This document shows positions 51,735 to 63,960 of a stretch of 64,000 nt of DNA, one piece after another. How positions within the stretch are numbered: the stretch's first letter is position 1; every line of letters starts with the position of its first letter. The stretch comes from Octopus bimaculoides (Eukaryota), in NCBI RefSeq assembly GCF_001194135.2, contig NC_068984.1, forward strand, positions 30,029,564 through 30,093,563. The letters run 5' to 3'. The position numbers and the translations under genes are program-made. The notes below the pieces were generated by a model. The model was not told where the DNA came from. It did no database searches and saw only the letters and a list, made by a program, of their open reading frames with translations.

Positions 51735-51895
51735 CGACGGACTTCTTTCAGTTTCCGTCTACCAAATCCACTCACAAGGCTTTGGTCGGCCCGAGGCTAT
51801 AGTAGAAGTCACTTGCCAAAGGTGCCACGCAGTGGGACTGAACCCGGAACCATGTGGTTAGTAACCAAGCTACTTACCACACAGCCACTCCTGTA
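51735..51895 (-). mobile_element. SINE family B, 5' half (tRNA-like head)
   Basis: Minus strand GGAGTGGCTGTGTGGTAAGTAGCTTG (A-box) ..GGTTCCGGGTTCAGTCCC (B-box-like) ..GGCAAGTGACTTCTACTATAGCCTCGGGCCGACC. Confidence 0.9.
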
Positions 51896-51929
51896 TGTGT
51901 ATATGTATGTATACATATATCTATGTGTA

Positions 51930-52080
51930 TGTGTCTTTGTGACTGGGTTTGTTCCCCACCATTGCTTGTTTATGTCCCTGAAACTTAGCCGTTCGGCAAA
52001 AGATTTCGATAGATTAAGTACTAGGCTTAGAGAAAACTGTCCTAGAGTCGAATAGAGTCTTCAGTTAAATGGCTAAAACA
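51930..52080 (+). mobile_element. SINE family B, degenerate 3' half
   Basis: TTTATGTCCCTGAAACTTAGCCGTTCGGCAAAAGATTTCGATAGATTAAGTACTAGGCTTA aligns with 46010-46070. Confidence 0.8.
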
Positions 52081-52150
52081 TAAATAAATGATAGATCCTT
52101 GGAATCAGCGTTTTATAAATTCTTTATTCTTAATTCAATGCATCGATATT

Positions 52151-52315
52151 GAATTGAAATCTTGAAACAAAGCCAGCAATTGCGGTATGGTAGTGGGTGG
52201 GGGGTAGTCGATTACATCGACCCCAATGCTCATCTTGTACCTGTTTTTATCGACCCCAACTTAGAACGTAAAGACGGAAGAAATGTTGCTAAGCATTTTG
52301 CCGGCACGCCGCCTT
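52151..52315 (-). mobile_element. SINE family A (two internal deletions) with TSD
   Basis: Reverse complement of the family A consensus. TSD CTTAATTCAATGCATCGATATT (52129) / CTTAATTCGATGCATCGATGTT (52313). Confidence 0.88.
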
Positions 52316-52344
52316 AATTCGATGCATCGATGTTAAGAGCTCTA

Positions 52345-52550
52345 CAAGGTAGTGAGCTGGCAGACACGTTAGCATCCGTTGCGAAATGCTTAGCGGTATT
52401 TCTTCTGTCTTTACGTTCTGAGTTCAAATTCCGCCGAGGTCGACTTTGCCTTTCGGGTCGATAAATTAAGTACCAGTTGCGTACTGGAGTCGATCTAATC
52501 GACTGGCCCCCTCCCCAGATAATTCGGGCCTTGCACCTAAAGTAGGAAAG
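52345..52550 (+). mobile_element. SINE family A, well preserved, with 15-bp TSD
   Basis: TTCTGAGTTCAAATTCCGCCGAGGTCGACTTTGCCTTT..GTCGATAAATTAAGTACCAGTTGCGTACTGG. TSD GATGTTAAGAGCTCT (52329) / GATATTGAGAGCTCT (52551). Confidence 0.92.
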
Positions 52551-53230
52551 GATATTGAGAGCTCTGTTGCACTCACATTTGTTCAAGTGGGTCGATTATG
52601 TAACTGATTTCGTTTCATTGTTAAGAATTTGGAAACGAAATCAAAAGATATCAAGTCAAGAAAACATTTTGAATTGTTTCAAAAACAAACAAAGCGAAAA
52701 ACACATAACTATGTTAACATACACTCTCGTTCCGTCGTGCTAAATTCTTTAATTAAGTGTACGATGTCGTAGCATTCGAACACATTTCAGGTCAGGTGAA
52801 CAATGATGAAGAAATAGAGTTCTGTTAACAGTCGAAGCTGCGAAAAGTGTAACGATTCTAAGTGTTTCATTATCTATGATACTTATCAGGAGAAACATCA
52901 TGTTTCCCCATTCAGCGTGTGGTGTTGTGTGTGTGTGTGTGGGTCTGTGTGTTTGTGTGAGTGAGTGAGTGTGTGTGTGTGCGTGTGTAATTGAGTATAC
53001 AGGTGTATTTACGTGTTTTGCAAGATAAACCTATACTATTAACTATGGCAGCGTTCCTATATAGAAATTATAAGCCATATATCATTTATGCCTAAAATAT
53101 ATGCGATATTGGTAGAATATCAAAAATAAAACACATACACATACGCATATATACACATGCATATAAACATATATTATATATATGATATACACACAAACAC
53201 ACACACAAACACACAAACACACACACACAC

Positions 53231-53270
<40 letters not shown>

Positions 53271-54943
53271 NNNNNNNNNNNNNNNNNNNNNNNNNNNNNN
53301 NNNNNNNNNNNNNNNNNNNNNNNNNNNNNNNNNNNNNNNNNNNNNNNNNNNNNNNNNNNNNNNNNNNNNNNNNNNNNNNNNNNNNNNNNNNNNNNNNNNN
53401 NNNNNNNNNNNNNNNNNNNNNNNNNNNNNNNNNNNNNNNNNNNNNNNNNNNNNNNNNNNNNNNNNNNNNNNNNNNNNNNNNNNNNNNNNNNNNNNNNNNN
53501 NNNNNNNNNNNNNNNNNNNNNNNNNNNNNNNNNNNNNNNNNNNNNNNNTATATATATTTATATATACATACATACATATATGCATGTAAGACAAAAATAA
53601 CACCATTCAATTTGGAATCACTCATAGATTACGATGAAAGAATATACAATTGTCATGATTAACGTACCAGTAACAAAATCCTGAGGTAATATCACCGTGG
53701 CACACTGCCAATGCTGTGCCCTCAAATCTAGGAAACATCCATTTGGCAACGTTTCCCTTACATATTTGTTTATCGTATTTTACTGATCGTGACTGGATCG
53801 ACTCTATACAAACACTGAAGGAGGCGCATACAAATTCCCAGCCGAGCCACGTCAAATACTAAAACTGACAAATTTTTAATATTTACTTGCAATTGTTCTC
53901 TTGAAGAAGAGAAAATGCCATGCAATTTAAATGGGTAAACAGCAGCATTGACAGCTGAAAAATAATGCTTGAAGAAAGTGTTACTGGCTTCAAGAAAAGA
54001 GAAAAGTTAATCTTGGTCGCTAGTGGTGCTTTATGGTAACATACGTATTGGATGTCTATAATCTTAATAATTATATAATCCATACGTAAAGTTTCTACGT
54101 GTTTAAATGCGTAATACTTAGACACAATTCACATTAACCCACGAAACACACACACGTACAAGAATACAAACTGTTATACGGGTTGCTGTGTTCAAGTGTA
54201 AAATTTCATATCTTTTGGATATGAACAGTGTAGTTCTAATATAGTGAGGTGACCTTTAAGTGAACTGATTTTACCAAACACAAACAATCATAACTTATTT
54301 AAGCTTGTAATTCCCTTTTGATATGGAGCTCACAACTCTCATTCCTCTCTTCTTTAAGTTTATGAAATCATATCCTGGTCAGACGTTAATATTCTTATAT
54401 ATCATGACTTCACGAATGCCTTGTAGTAGAGTTATGTCTCTGGGGGTCGTTTTCGCAATCCAGATTCTTTCTTTACGCATGGCTTGTTTACTTCAGTCTA
54501 TATTTGTAACAAATTGTCTGTGAGGAAAAAAAAAATGTTTTCATCTCTTCCCTGCAACCATCAAATATTCATCTACTATCATAAATCGAATCATACAGCC
54601 AATAACTACAATTTTCACGCTACCTTGTCAATCAGTTTAATCGATTGTTTTCACAATTTCAAAAACGTTGTGAAGTTTTTATTCATCAAAGTTTTAAAAA
54701 ACTGTGATTAATTAATTCCAGTTTAGAATTCTTTGATGTAGTTTAAATTTATTCCTCTTTTATTTTGCTTCTTCAGTCTTTATTTTAGAAATATTATACT
54801 CAGTTTCTTTAGTAAACATATTGTGAACAGACGTTTGCTGAATGAATAGTCCGTCACGCTGTGGTATACCGGTTCATATCAGGAGGTTCCGCTTTGTTCT
54901 ACAACTCTATGCAACGTTATCATTATTCAATATTCCAGAGGGC

Positions 54944-55141
54944 TAAGGCAGTGAGCTGGTGGAATCGTTACCGAGCCGGAGAAAATGCTTAGTGGCATTT
55001 CTTCAGACATTATATTCTGATTTCAAGTGCTACCAGGGTTAACTTTGCCTTTCATTCTTTCGGGGTCGATAAAGAAAGTATCAGTTGAACACTGATGTAA
55101 TCGATTATATCTTCTCCGAGGATTGTGTCAAAATTTTAAAC
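54944..55141 (+). mobile_element. SINE family A with 12-bp TSD
   Basis: TAAGGCAGTGAGCTGG head to CAAAATTTTAAAC tail. TSD CAATATTCCAGA at 54928 and 55142. Confidence 0.88.
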
Positions 55142-56375
55142 CAATATTCCAGATGTCTCTAATTCCCTCACTCTTTTTCTTCTCTCTGGAAAACAGATAA
55201 AGAGGTAGATAGATACTGCGTTCTATTTATATTTCGTATTTTCTCTCTCTCTCTCTCTCTCTCACTGTAAGACAGATAGAGAGGTAGATAGATACTGATA
55301 TAATTGTGCATAATGTTCTATTTATATTTTGTATTTTCTTTTGGGTTTAACAGAAAGAACCTATATCATACTATATGCTGTAACGTAGAATGCATAGACA
55401 TTCTGGTAAGTGTACATGTTTTTATTCATTAGGAATAATAAAGACAGAGAACAACCTAGGGATCAACGATCATCTTCCAATATAATATTGATTTCACTAC
55501 CTTGTTATGAAATGTTAGTAATATTTCACGTCGCGTAAGGTATAGGTTTAACGTGTGTGCACATTTTGTTTCTTAAATAAATGTAACCACTAAAAATATT
55601 TCGAAATATACAGACGGATACATACCTGCAATTATATATGTGTGGTGCGTATATGTGTTTGCATCAGCATATGTGTATATGTTTGCATACGTGCATGCAT
55701 GTGTGTATGTAATGTGTGTATGTGTGTGGCGTGTATGTATGCGTCTTCATGTGCGTATATGTGTGCGTTCGTGTACGTGTGTGTGTAATGTGTCATGCAT
55801 ATGTCTGAACATAATCCCTTAGCATCATTTAACGAGATTTTGCTAGCTTATAATGCGATTTGTTTCTGATAAATCTTTTTTAATTCGTGAAGAATTTCAT
55901 TATATCTAAATTTTGAAAATAATTTTACATAAAATACATATGATCATGACTTGCTCAAGGTGTCTTGTACTAGATTTTCAACGTTTCCAAAATAATTTAA
56001 TGCTTATACAAAGTCAATAATATTTATGAATTTACTTATTATATTTTAGACGCTGTCTTGCTTTCTTGTCAACAGAAAAGCTTATTTCATAAAGAACGAA
56101 CAAAGTAAACTACTTTTATATTTCTATCCCTACTTATTGGATAAATTCGATATTTTTAGTCCTGCTCACTATAAGACTACTATATTATTGCCCTTGCTCA
56201 GAAAGAAGTTGACATCACGCGTATATGCAGTAAGCAAATCTACAAAGTGAACGTTTGCGATTTCAACCTTGGTGAATTATATATACAAAATATGAACGAA
56301 TGTATTCTTTACTTCTAGCCGTAGCTATTTCCCATGTGCTACATACACTCCTACAATACCGTTTTCTTTGCGTGC

Positions 56376-56411
56376 TATAAAGGCAGAAACAAATCTGCCT
56401 TCAGTTCAGTC
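56376..56411 (+). promoter_or_regulatory. Candidate Pol II core promoter: TATA box + initiator
   Basis: TATAAAGG at 56376. TCAGTT/TCAGTC Inr-like motifs place the A at 56403 or 56408 (27 and 32 nt downstream), followed by a CpG-containing UTR-like sequence. Confidence 0.45.
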
Positions 56412-59402
56412 GCGCGTCTGTGTTTCGCTTATTTTCTGTGTGTTTTACTACATAAAGGTCACCAACTGCCTAGCCTGAATAATTACTGACGGCATGTGCC
56501 TGATATACATACATACATATATATGTGTATATATATGTATATATGCATGCATACATACATACGTACATATATATATGCACATATATACACAAATGCGTGT
56601 GTGTGTATGTGTGTGTGTTTGTGTGTGTGTGTGTATACACAGCTTACCATATATATTTAATTCATATAGTTGAAATGTTACACAGTTATCCAGAGTTAAA
56701 TAAAATAAAGAATCTACTTAAATTGTTATATTCATGAGTGAAGGAAATACGACGTTAATGACAGGAGGAAATATTAAATCGTGCTGGTATTTTCAATTTC
56801 TAACCATTAAAGTTAGAGAAAACAAAGTGTAAGTTAATAAATTGACACAGCAATATACATTTGCACTTGTGAAATTAAACCGACGAGGTTATTTTAAATG
56901 GCAGTGTTTGAACAAGCTGCAAAACGCATTGACATTTGGACGGTATGATTCATAGTCAAGATCACTCTAATCACTATTGTCCATAATAATGGGTGTCCTT
57001 TCACGGCTCACGCATCTTCGGGAAGAGCACCACGCGCTCAATATTTCATTGTTAGGTACAGTGAGAGTATTTGTGGCAGAACCTAGGAGTGATGTGAAGT
57101 CTCAGAAAGCTCCGCTCATATCTCAATATCATTTGAAGGCTGGTGTTATTTCACTGTACATACTCGAAGCTATATTTTATAAAATAAGTCTTTTACCTCA
57201 CAAGTTCCCATTTTGCAAACCACTATAGATATATAAAGCTTCTAATGTATAATTATAATAGCAAGCAGTAACTTGCAGAACAATGTGAACCAGCATTTCA
57301 CATTTGTTTTATTACTTTATTTTAAAAGAATATCGTACGCTGATATTCTAAAGAATATTATTTATGAAATATGAATGACAGCAGTAACGAAATTACAAAT
57401 TTTCAAGATAACTGATAAAGGCTAGAGCTGGGCACTTTTTCCGAATATATGAAGTTCTTTCGGTTCTTACTCTTGTTATCTCTTTGTATCATAGTTTCTA
57501 TTTATGTCTCGTTCTCTCTGTATCGTTTACTTACTTCCTCTCTCTTTCTCTCTCGCTTCCTTTCTCTGGAGTACTGAGTGAAACAGAAAATATCAATCTT
57601 TGCCTTGACTTATGTTCTTCTTTGGCTCAAGGTATTCTCGTTTTTTTTTGTGTAAGTATTACAATACTTTCTTAGTATTGGTTCCTAATATGTAAAATGC
57701 GATTCTCTCTCATGATATAGTCAAAAACAGTCATCACCGATTTTCATTGCAATAACTAGACCAATCGAGAAATGCTCCTTGGCATGTCTGAAAATCATTG
57801 TCTCATTTCGCAAAGCAGTTCCTAACTACCATTTCTCCCCGAGTTCGTTTCCTTTGTTGATATTGTTGAATACTCATTAATTAAAGATAGCTTGTAACAT
57901 TTGATCTAGCAGAAATGATATTACATATGTTTAAAAGCTATATTATGTTCATTTGTAAATTCCTCCAGATTTTAATGCTTCAATATACAAAATTCTGTCT
58001 TACATCGTTAGCATATTCCACCATTCTTGATGTTCATACAATATCATAAATAGTGTCCATGTTATATTTTAAGTATTGCAGTGTTTGTCTAGTAAAAACA
58101 ACTGATATAAGCCAAAGATCATTACATAGAGATTTAAGCATAGCCACTCGAACTCCTTCAATGGATTCCGTAGAGGGGCATGGCTTCTACTGAGTGTCAC
58201 AAGGAAATATTCTCATTAGATTGTTGAATGAACTATGGCTGTTCTACATATTTCGATAATATATACAGTTGAGGAGATGCACACTTCAAGCAAAGAAGAG
58301 AAACCCTACAGGTTTCCTTTGACTATATCAAGGAACCTCTAACGTGTTAATTCCAAATCGATAAGGAAAACACTAGACCGTCGGTCTAATTGTTAGAAAT
58401 ATTGGTCATATCGCATTCTATCATCTTGAAACAATGTTATGGGAATTGGATAACGTAATGGGGATTGAACCATGACTGATAGGATAGAGTGCAAAACGTA
58501 ATAAATAAACCTGATCAGAACTGAAGTAGAATTGAACAATCAGATATATAATTTACGTCTTTCAAATAATCATTTTGTATCACATTTCACATGACAAAGT
58601 TACTTGCTAATTATTATTGTAACGGCGAATTATTATCGTAGTGCTCAAATGAAATCGTTTACACACACCTAGTTAATTTGATTTAGCAACTCTAATTTAA
58701 ACCTCCTTAAATTATAAATAGAAATTTACTGGCACACAGTTTATTTTTCGCTATTCAATATAAGTAACCTTAAAAAATAAATTTTAAATAATTGTGCAGG
58801 AAATATCTCAGACTATCATTGTTGTATTTCCTGTGTTTGTAGTAACAAATGTTCAAGTCAGTCAAATATGTCAAATGCAATAGTCATAACAGGAAGCTAA
58901 ATTATGAAAGCCAAAGCAAAAGTGAAAAGCAGTTATATATTTATATACTAAAAGATGTATATACATACATAGATGTATATATACACAAAAATATATATAG
59001 ATGTATGTAAACAAGTGTAATTTATAGTATTTGAAATGTAGTTTATTATGTTTTAACTGCTCAAATGCAATTACATATTAACAAATATTAGTGTAGATAT
59101 ATAAACCGTATCTGTGTTCGTGCGTTCGCGTCTTATGTTTTTGTAAGCATGTTGTACGTGTGTATATATATATGTGGGTATGTATATAGGTGTGTGCTCA
59201 TGTATATATATACATATATATACATGTATACATGTATATATATATACATGCATTTTTTTTTTAAGTTTCAGCTTAGAGCTGCGGCCATGCTGATGCACCA
59301 CCATGTATGTTCATATTTATTTATATATATATTTATGTGTGTGCGTGCGTGCACGTGTGTGTATGTGTGGATGTGTGTGCGTGTGTGTGTATTTATATAT
59401 GG

Positions 59403-59433
<31 letters not shown>

Positions 59434-59644
59434 TACATACACACGCGCGCANNNNNNNNNNNNNNNNNNNNNNNNNNNNNNNNNNNNNNNNNNNNNNNNN
59501 NNNNNNNNNNNNNNNNNNNNNNNNNNNNNNNNNNNNNNNNNNNNNNNNNNNNNNNNNNNNNNNNNNNNNNNNNNNNNNNNNNNNNNNNNNNNNNNNNNNN
59601 NNNNNNNNNNNNNNNNNNNNNNNNNNNNNNNNNNNNNNNNNNNN

Positions 59645-59712
<68 letters not shown>

Positions 59713-60009
59713 TGTGTGTGTGTGTGTGAAAATGTACGTACAAGTATATATCTGTATATAAATATATATTGTTTCTTCTTTTTAAGTATATATATATATA
59801 TCAAAGCATTAAAGTGGAAGAACAGTGCATTCATTTTCAGCAGTATAACAGATTGTAATTAATTTTTCGAGGAAATAATTGACAGCTACTTTGGTGTTTC
59901 GACTACATCGCCTTCATCCAAACGTCTGAAAAGTTCTACATAACGGAGTCATAGAATTAACTGACAACCATTTTCTTGTAAAAATGAAATTAATACTAAC
60001 TTAATATCT

Positions 60010-60128
60010 ATGTATGTATGTATGTATGTATGTATGTATCTATGTATCTATGTATGCATGTATGTATGTATGTATGTATGTTTGTATTATGTATGCATGC
60101 ATGTATGTATGTATATATGTGTGAGTAT

Positions 60129-60155
<27 letters not shown>
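60010..60155. repeat. (TATG)n/(TA)n microsatellite
   Basis: Direct reading. Confidence 0.95.
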
Positions 60156-60159
<4 letters not shown>

Positions 60160-61034
60160 CGTTACATCTCTTCTATTAGATTGTTTCTCTCTCTCTCTCT
60201 CTTTCTCTCATTATATAAATACAAAGATACACGCTTACACATGTGACAGCTGCCATACGAGATTACCACCGGAAGAGTTTCTCTTGACCGAATCAACTCC
60301 TGTACTTGTTTTCAAGTCTTGTAATTATTTTATTGAAGATTTGGACACATTGTTCAGATACGAAGAAGTAAAGAAACCAATAAACCAGCACCTATTATGA
60401 AGTTGTGTGAAGTGACTATGGCAGAGACACACGAACGAGCACACACGCTCACACATACACGATTTACTACCATGCGGTGTTCGTCAACTAAATTAATTCA
60501 CAAGGCACTGCTTGCCCCATGTCTGTAAAATGCAACTACGTGATTTCGAATCAAACAACTTAAGCAAACATACATGCCTTTATATGTATTTAAATCTTGA
60601 TATCACTTATATTCTGTCTTCATATGTATATATACATATGTGTGTGTGTGTAACAGGTATGAGTTTACATATATTTTCACAACAATGCGTGTGCCCTATT
60701 ATAGTGATAAATTAATTATAAAATTTTGGATTTGCCTTTTATCGGCTTTTGATTGTTAACCACCTATATTATTGTTACTATTATTAATTCTATTAATGAT
60801 AATATTTAATAATAATATCTATATAAATATTTTCGAATATGTGTTCATTCAGTAATTCTATACACTGACACCGTTTTTGAATTTGGCGCTAGCTTTTCGG
60901 CGGTTAACAAGCACGACGAATCGAGCAACGTTTTTAATTCTAGGTATATAGTGAGACCTGCTAATAAGAATTAAGGGAGGTAAACTCTCAAACTTTGAAA
61001 TCAATTGATCCAGGAATATCATTTCCTCATACTA

Positions 61035-61125
61035 CGGCTTTCTGCCGTGATGGTAAGGTATTTGTTTTGTTCGTAGCCCGATTTCTGTTGTGCTTAGATT
61101 CCGAGTTCGATTCCAGGCAGTGACT

Positions 61126-61158
<33 letters not shown>

Positions 61159-61375
61159 CGAACAACAACAACAGCAACAATAATAATAATAATAATAATA
61201 ACATCGAAAAATACCTTAGGAATGAGAACCCANNNNNNNNNNAATGAGAACCCAGGTTCGAAATTTCCCCAAGACACCTGATGAAGGCAGGTGGGTCTAT
61301 CAGCCGAAACGTTGTGTTAACAACAATGAAGATGAGGACAAATATCCGTCAAATGTAAATAATGTAAATAATGTA
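61035..61375 (+). mobile_element. Composite SINE-like element: tRNA-type Pol III head, (AAT)n linker, hammerhead-containing body, (AATGTAAAT)n tail
   Basis: A-box-like TGCCGTGATGG (~61042), B-box GTTCGATTCC (61105-61114), AAT/AAC repeats 61128-61201, hammerhead 61273-61318, tandem tail 61351-61375. Confidence 0.7.
61273..61318 (+). ncRNA. Minimal type I hammerhead ribozyme motif (Penelope-like type)
   Basis: Helix I GACAC (61273-77) / GUGUU (61314-18). Core CUGAUGA 61278-84 plus one extra A. Helix II GGCAG/CAGCC (4 pairs, one A-A mismatch). GAAA 61306-09. Palindromic helix III AACGUU. Predicted cleavage after GUU at 61313. Confidence 0.72.
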
Positions 61376-61555
61376 TATATCATTGTTATGATCATTCATT
61401 TTACTAATGATAATAATCAATAATAATAGCTATATAAATATTTGCGTTAAAATCCAAGATAACTGTGAGAAAAGGTTAGTAAAATGTATAGAGATGAAAC
61501 AACTGTCGCGTAGGTAAAAAGACAGGCTCCTCCACGCACGGAGTTTAGAAAGAAA

Positions 61556-61615
61556 ATGGCAGAGGCAACAAAATTTGTCTCTTTTAAAAGAAGGCAATTG
61601 CGGGAAGAAAGCAAG
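61556..61615 (+). CDS. Candidate coding exon MAEATKFVSFKRRQLREESK (may start at acceptor 61514)
   Basis: gaaaATGG start context, 20 open codons, consensus donor AAG|gtaagt in phase 0. The frame is also open from 61514. Confidence 0.4.
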
Positions 61616-61807
61616 GTAAGTAGTTTATGTGCGTGTATGTTAAAGAGGGGTTGTTTCAGATGTGTAGCTTGGGTGTGACGAAGAAAAGTGTAATCGAAAG
61701 CTGTCAACCAAAGCATGTGTTCTACAGCGTAGAATGAATTAATGTGTGTGAATATGTGTGTGTTTGTGAAAAGTAGGTTTGGACGGGTTTGCCTCTGAAT
61801 AGCAGTG

Positions 61808-61810
61808 TGT

Positions 61811-61872
<62 letters not shown>
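61808..61872. repeat. (GT)n microsatellite
   Basis: Direct reading. Confidence 0.96.
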
Positions 61873-61873
<1 letters not shown>

Positions 61874-62092
61874 CGAGCGAAGAGTGGAGGTTGTATGAGC
61901 AGCAACGGGCTGCATATGTGTTTCTGCGTATGTGAAAACTATATGTGTGCCTCCGGAGATTCCCTAAAATGTCCTCGTGTATTTAAACGTAGCTCTCTCA
62001 GAATCAGGTGAACAGATAGCCTGTCATCGGTGTTTTGATTTCATTAAGCCTCCTCAGTGAAGAACACTCCAAGTAAGGACATTTACCTTCAG

Positions 62093-62155
62093 GGACGAAC
62101 ATTTCAGCTGAGCAAGAATTTTCGTCCCATTATTGATATCCGTGAACAACGATAT
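62093..62155 (+). CDS. Candidate 63-nt exon GRTFQLSKNFRPIIDIREQRY (phase 0-0)
   Basis: Acceptor atttaccttcag, moderate donor TAT|gtataa, phase-compatible with 61556-61615. Confidence 0.28.
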
Positions 62156-62588
62156 GTATAAGCTTGTGCGTGTGTGTGTGTGCGTGTGTATGTGTGTGAC
62201 TCTATCTATTTACTATCTCTCTCTCTCTCTCTCTCTCTCTCNNNNNNNNNNNNNNNNNNNNNNNNNNNNNNNNNNNNNNNNNNNNNNNNNNNNNNNNNNN
62301 NNNNNNNNNNNNNNNNNNNNNNNNNNNNNNNNNNNNNNNNNNNNNNNNNNNNNNNNNNNNNNNNNNNNNNNNNNNNNNNNNNNNNNNNNNNNNNNNNNNN
62401 NNNNNNNNNNNNNNNNNNNNNNNNNNNNNNNNNNNNNNNNNNNNNNNNNNNNNNNNNNNNNNNNNNNNNNNNNNNNNNNNNNNNNNNNNNNNNNNNNNNN
62501 NNNNNNNNNNNNNNNNNNNNNNNNNNNNNNNNNNNNNNNNNNNNNNNNNNNNNNNNNNNNNNNNNNNNNNNNNNNNNNNNNNNNNNNN

Positions 62589-62668
62589 AGGTGCCACGTA
62601 GTGGGACTGAACCCGGAACCATGTTGTTGGCAAGCAAACTACTTACCACACAGCCACTCCTGCGCCTA
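62589..62668 (-). mobile_element. SINE family B head (remainder in gap)
   Basis: GTGCCACGTAGTGGGACTGAACCCGGAACCATG..CTTACCACACAGCCACTCCTGCGCCTA, near-identical to 51821-51895. Confidence 0.9.
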
Positions 62669-63960
62669 TACTTATAAATATAAATATATATTCATGTTTG
62701 TGTGTACATATCAATGTTTATCTCTGTGCACGTATACATATATGCATCGACATGTAATGTGATAGACGCATACGTAGATCTGTATGTATGTATGTATGGA
62801 TGGATGGATGGCTTGCATGTATGTACATATGTAATGGGAATAAACTCTGTTAGGTCTGATATATATTGATATCTAGCTTACAGTGTTTATCGCTATTATT
62901 TTCAATTTATCAGTTCGGTTTGTATTTCACTTATAGCTATTCTTGACCGTCCAGACCTTGCGTAGGAGGAAGAATTTGGTGTTTGAGATTTAATCCTTTT
63001 AAACACTACTATATGCTTTCTATCCTGAGAATATCTTGCTGTCACCTATTGTCTGTATATATATATGCATGCACATGCATATGCCCCCCTCCAAAAAAAA
63101 CACACACACACACGTATCATTCCATACACGCACGGATGTATGCATTTCAATAGAACTGATGTAATTAAACTTGTCTGCATATTGTTTAATTACCGTTTAG
63201 TTAATATGAATCCTTAATTCAGAGCTTATAGTAGATATTTCCTTCAGAATACTGCATGCATATAGAGAAATAATACACGCATTTCCATAATAGCCGTTGA
63301 CGAGAAATTGTTTTAAAGTCGGCATTAGCTCACACAAATACATCTACTTTTCAACTGAACTCTACCACAGTTTGATACACATATACATTTAGAGATGCAC
63401 ACATATGCTGCTATTAATATACACACGCACAAACAGGAACCTAATCGATATAGACCCCCAATTCACTTTTAGTTTAAGTAAGAATAATTGCGGTGGAACG
63501 CGCTGAAATGAACAGCAGCGATAAACGAACCTTAATAATACGGTTATGATAATGAAGCTAAAGTAAAAAGATGGAAACTGAATGGAAGGTTTCCAGCGGC
63601 AATAACTCGCCATAATCATGGACATATAAATTCCTAAATTATAGCTGTATTCAAAAATAGAGATATAAAGCTAAGATTGTTGTAGAATTTTATCGGAAAC
63701 AGTCAACTTACTGGAACATACAATGCGTTTCAAAGTAACGACGAAGTAAAGTGAAGAAAGGCGAGGTGACATTGTGTGAGTTCAAGCAAAGCAGTCAGAG
63801 CGTTTACCTGGCCATTATATTAATAAGAGCCATATTTTATTTAGAACGTCCTTCCTGAATGAACTTCCTATATTTATAAGTATAATACTTATATGATATA
63901 CAATACCAATATATAATCATACATAAATACATAAACACATGCTGATACACACGTACATAC

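Noticed and set aside
54330-54517. Very strong minus-strand acceptor at 54517 with downstream MRKERIWIAK ORF
   Set aside because: All frames stop soon after the acceptor, the ORF is 33 codons, and there is no convincing donor; it could be a UTR exon but is unsupported.
59894-59925. Minus-strand hammerhead-like TGGATGA-AGGC-GATGTA-GTC-GAAAC
   Set aside because: Core C3/U4 are altered and there is no NUH triplet or helix I; at most an inactive relic.
61035-61120. Functional tRNA gene (also considered for other SINE heads)
   Set aside because: A/B boxes are present but no complete cloverleaf; it continues into repeat body, so it is a SINE head.
61222-61254. Direct repeat AATGAGAACCCA flanking 10 Ns
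   Set aside because: Most likely an unmerged contig overlap rather than a real duplication.
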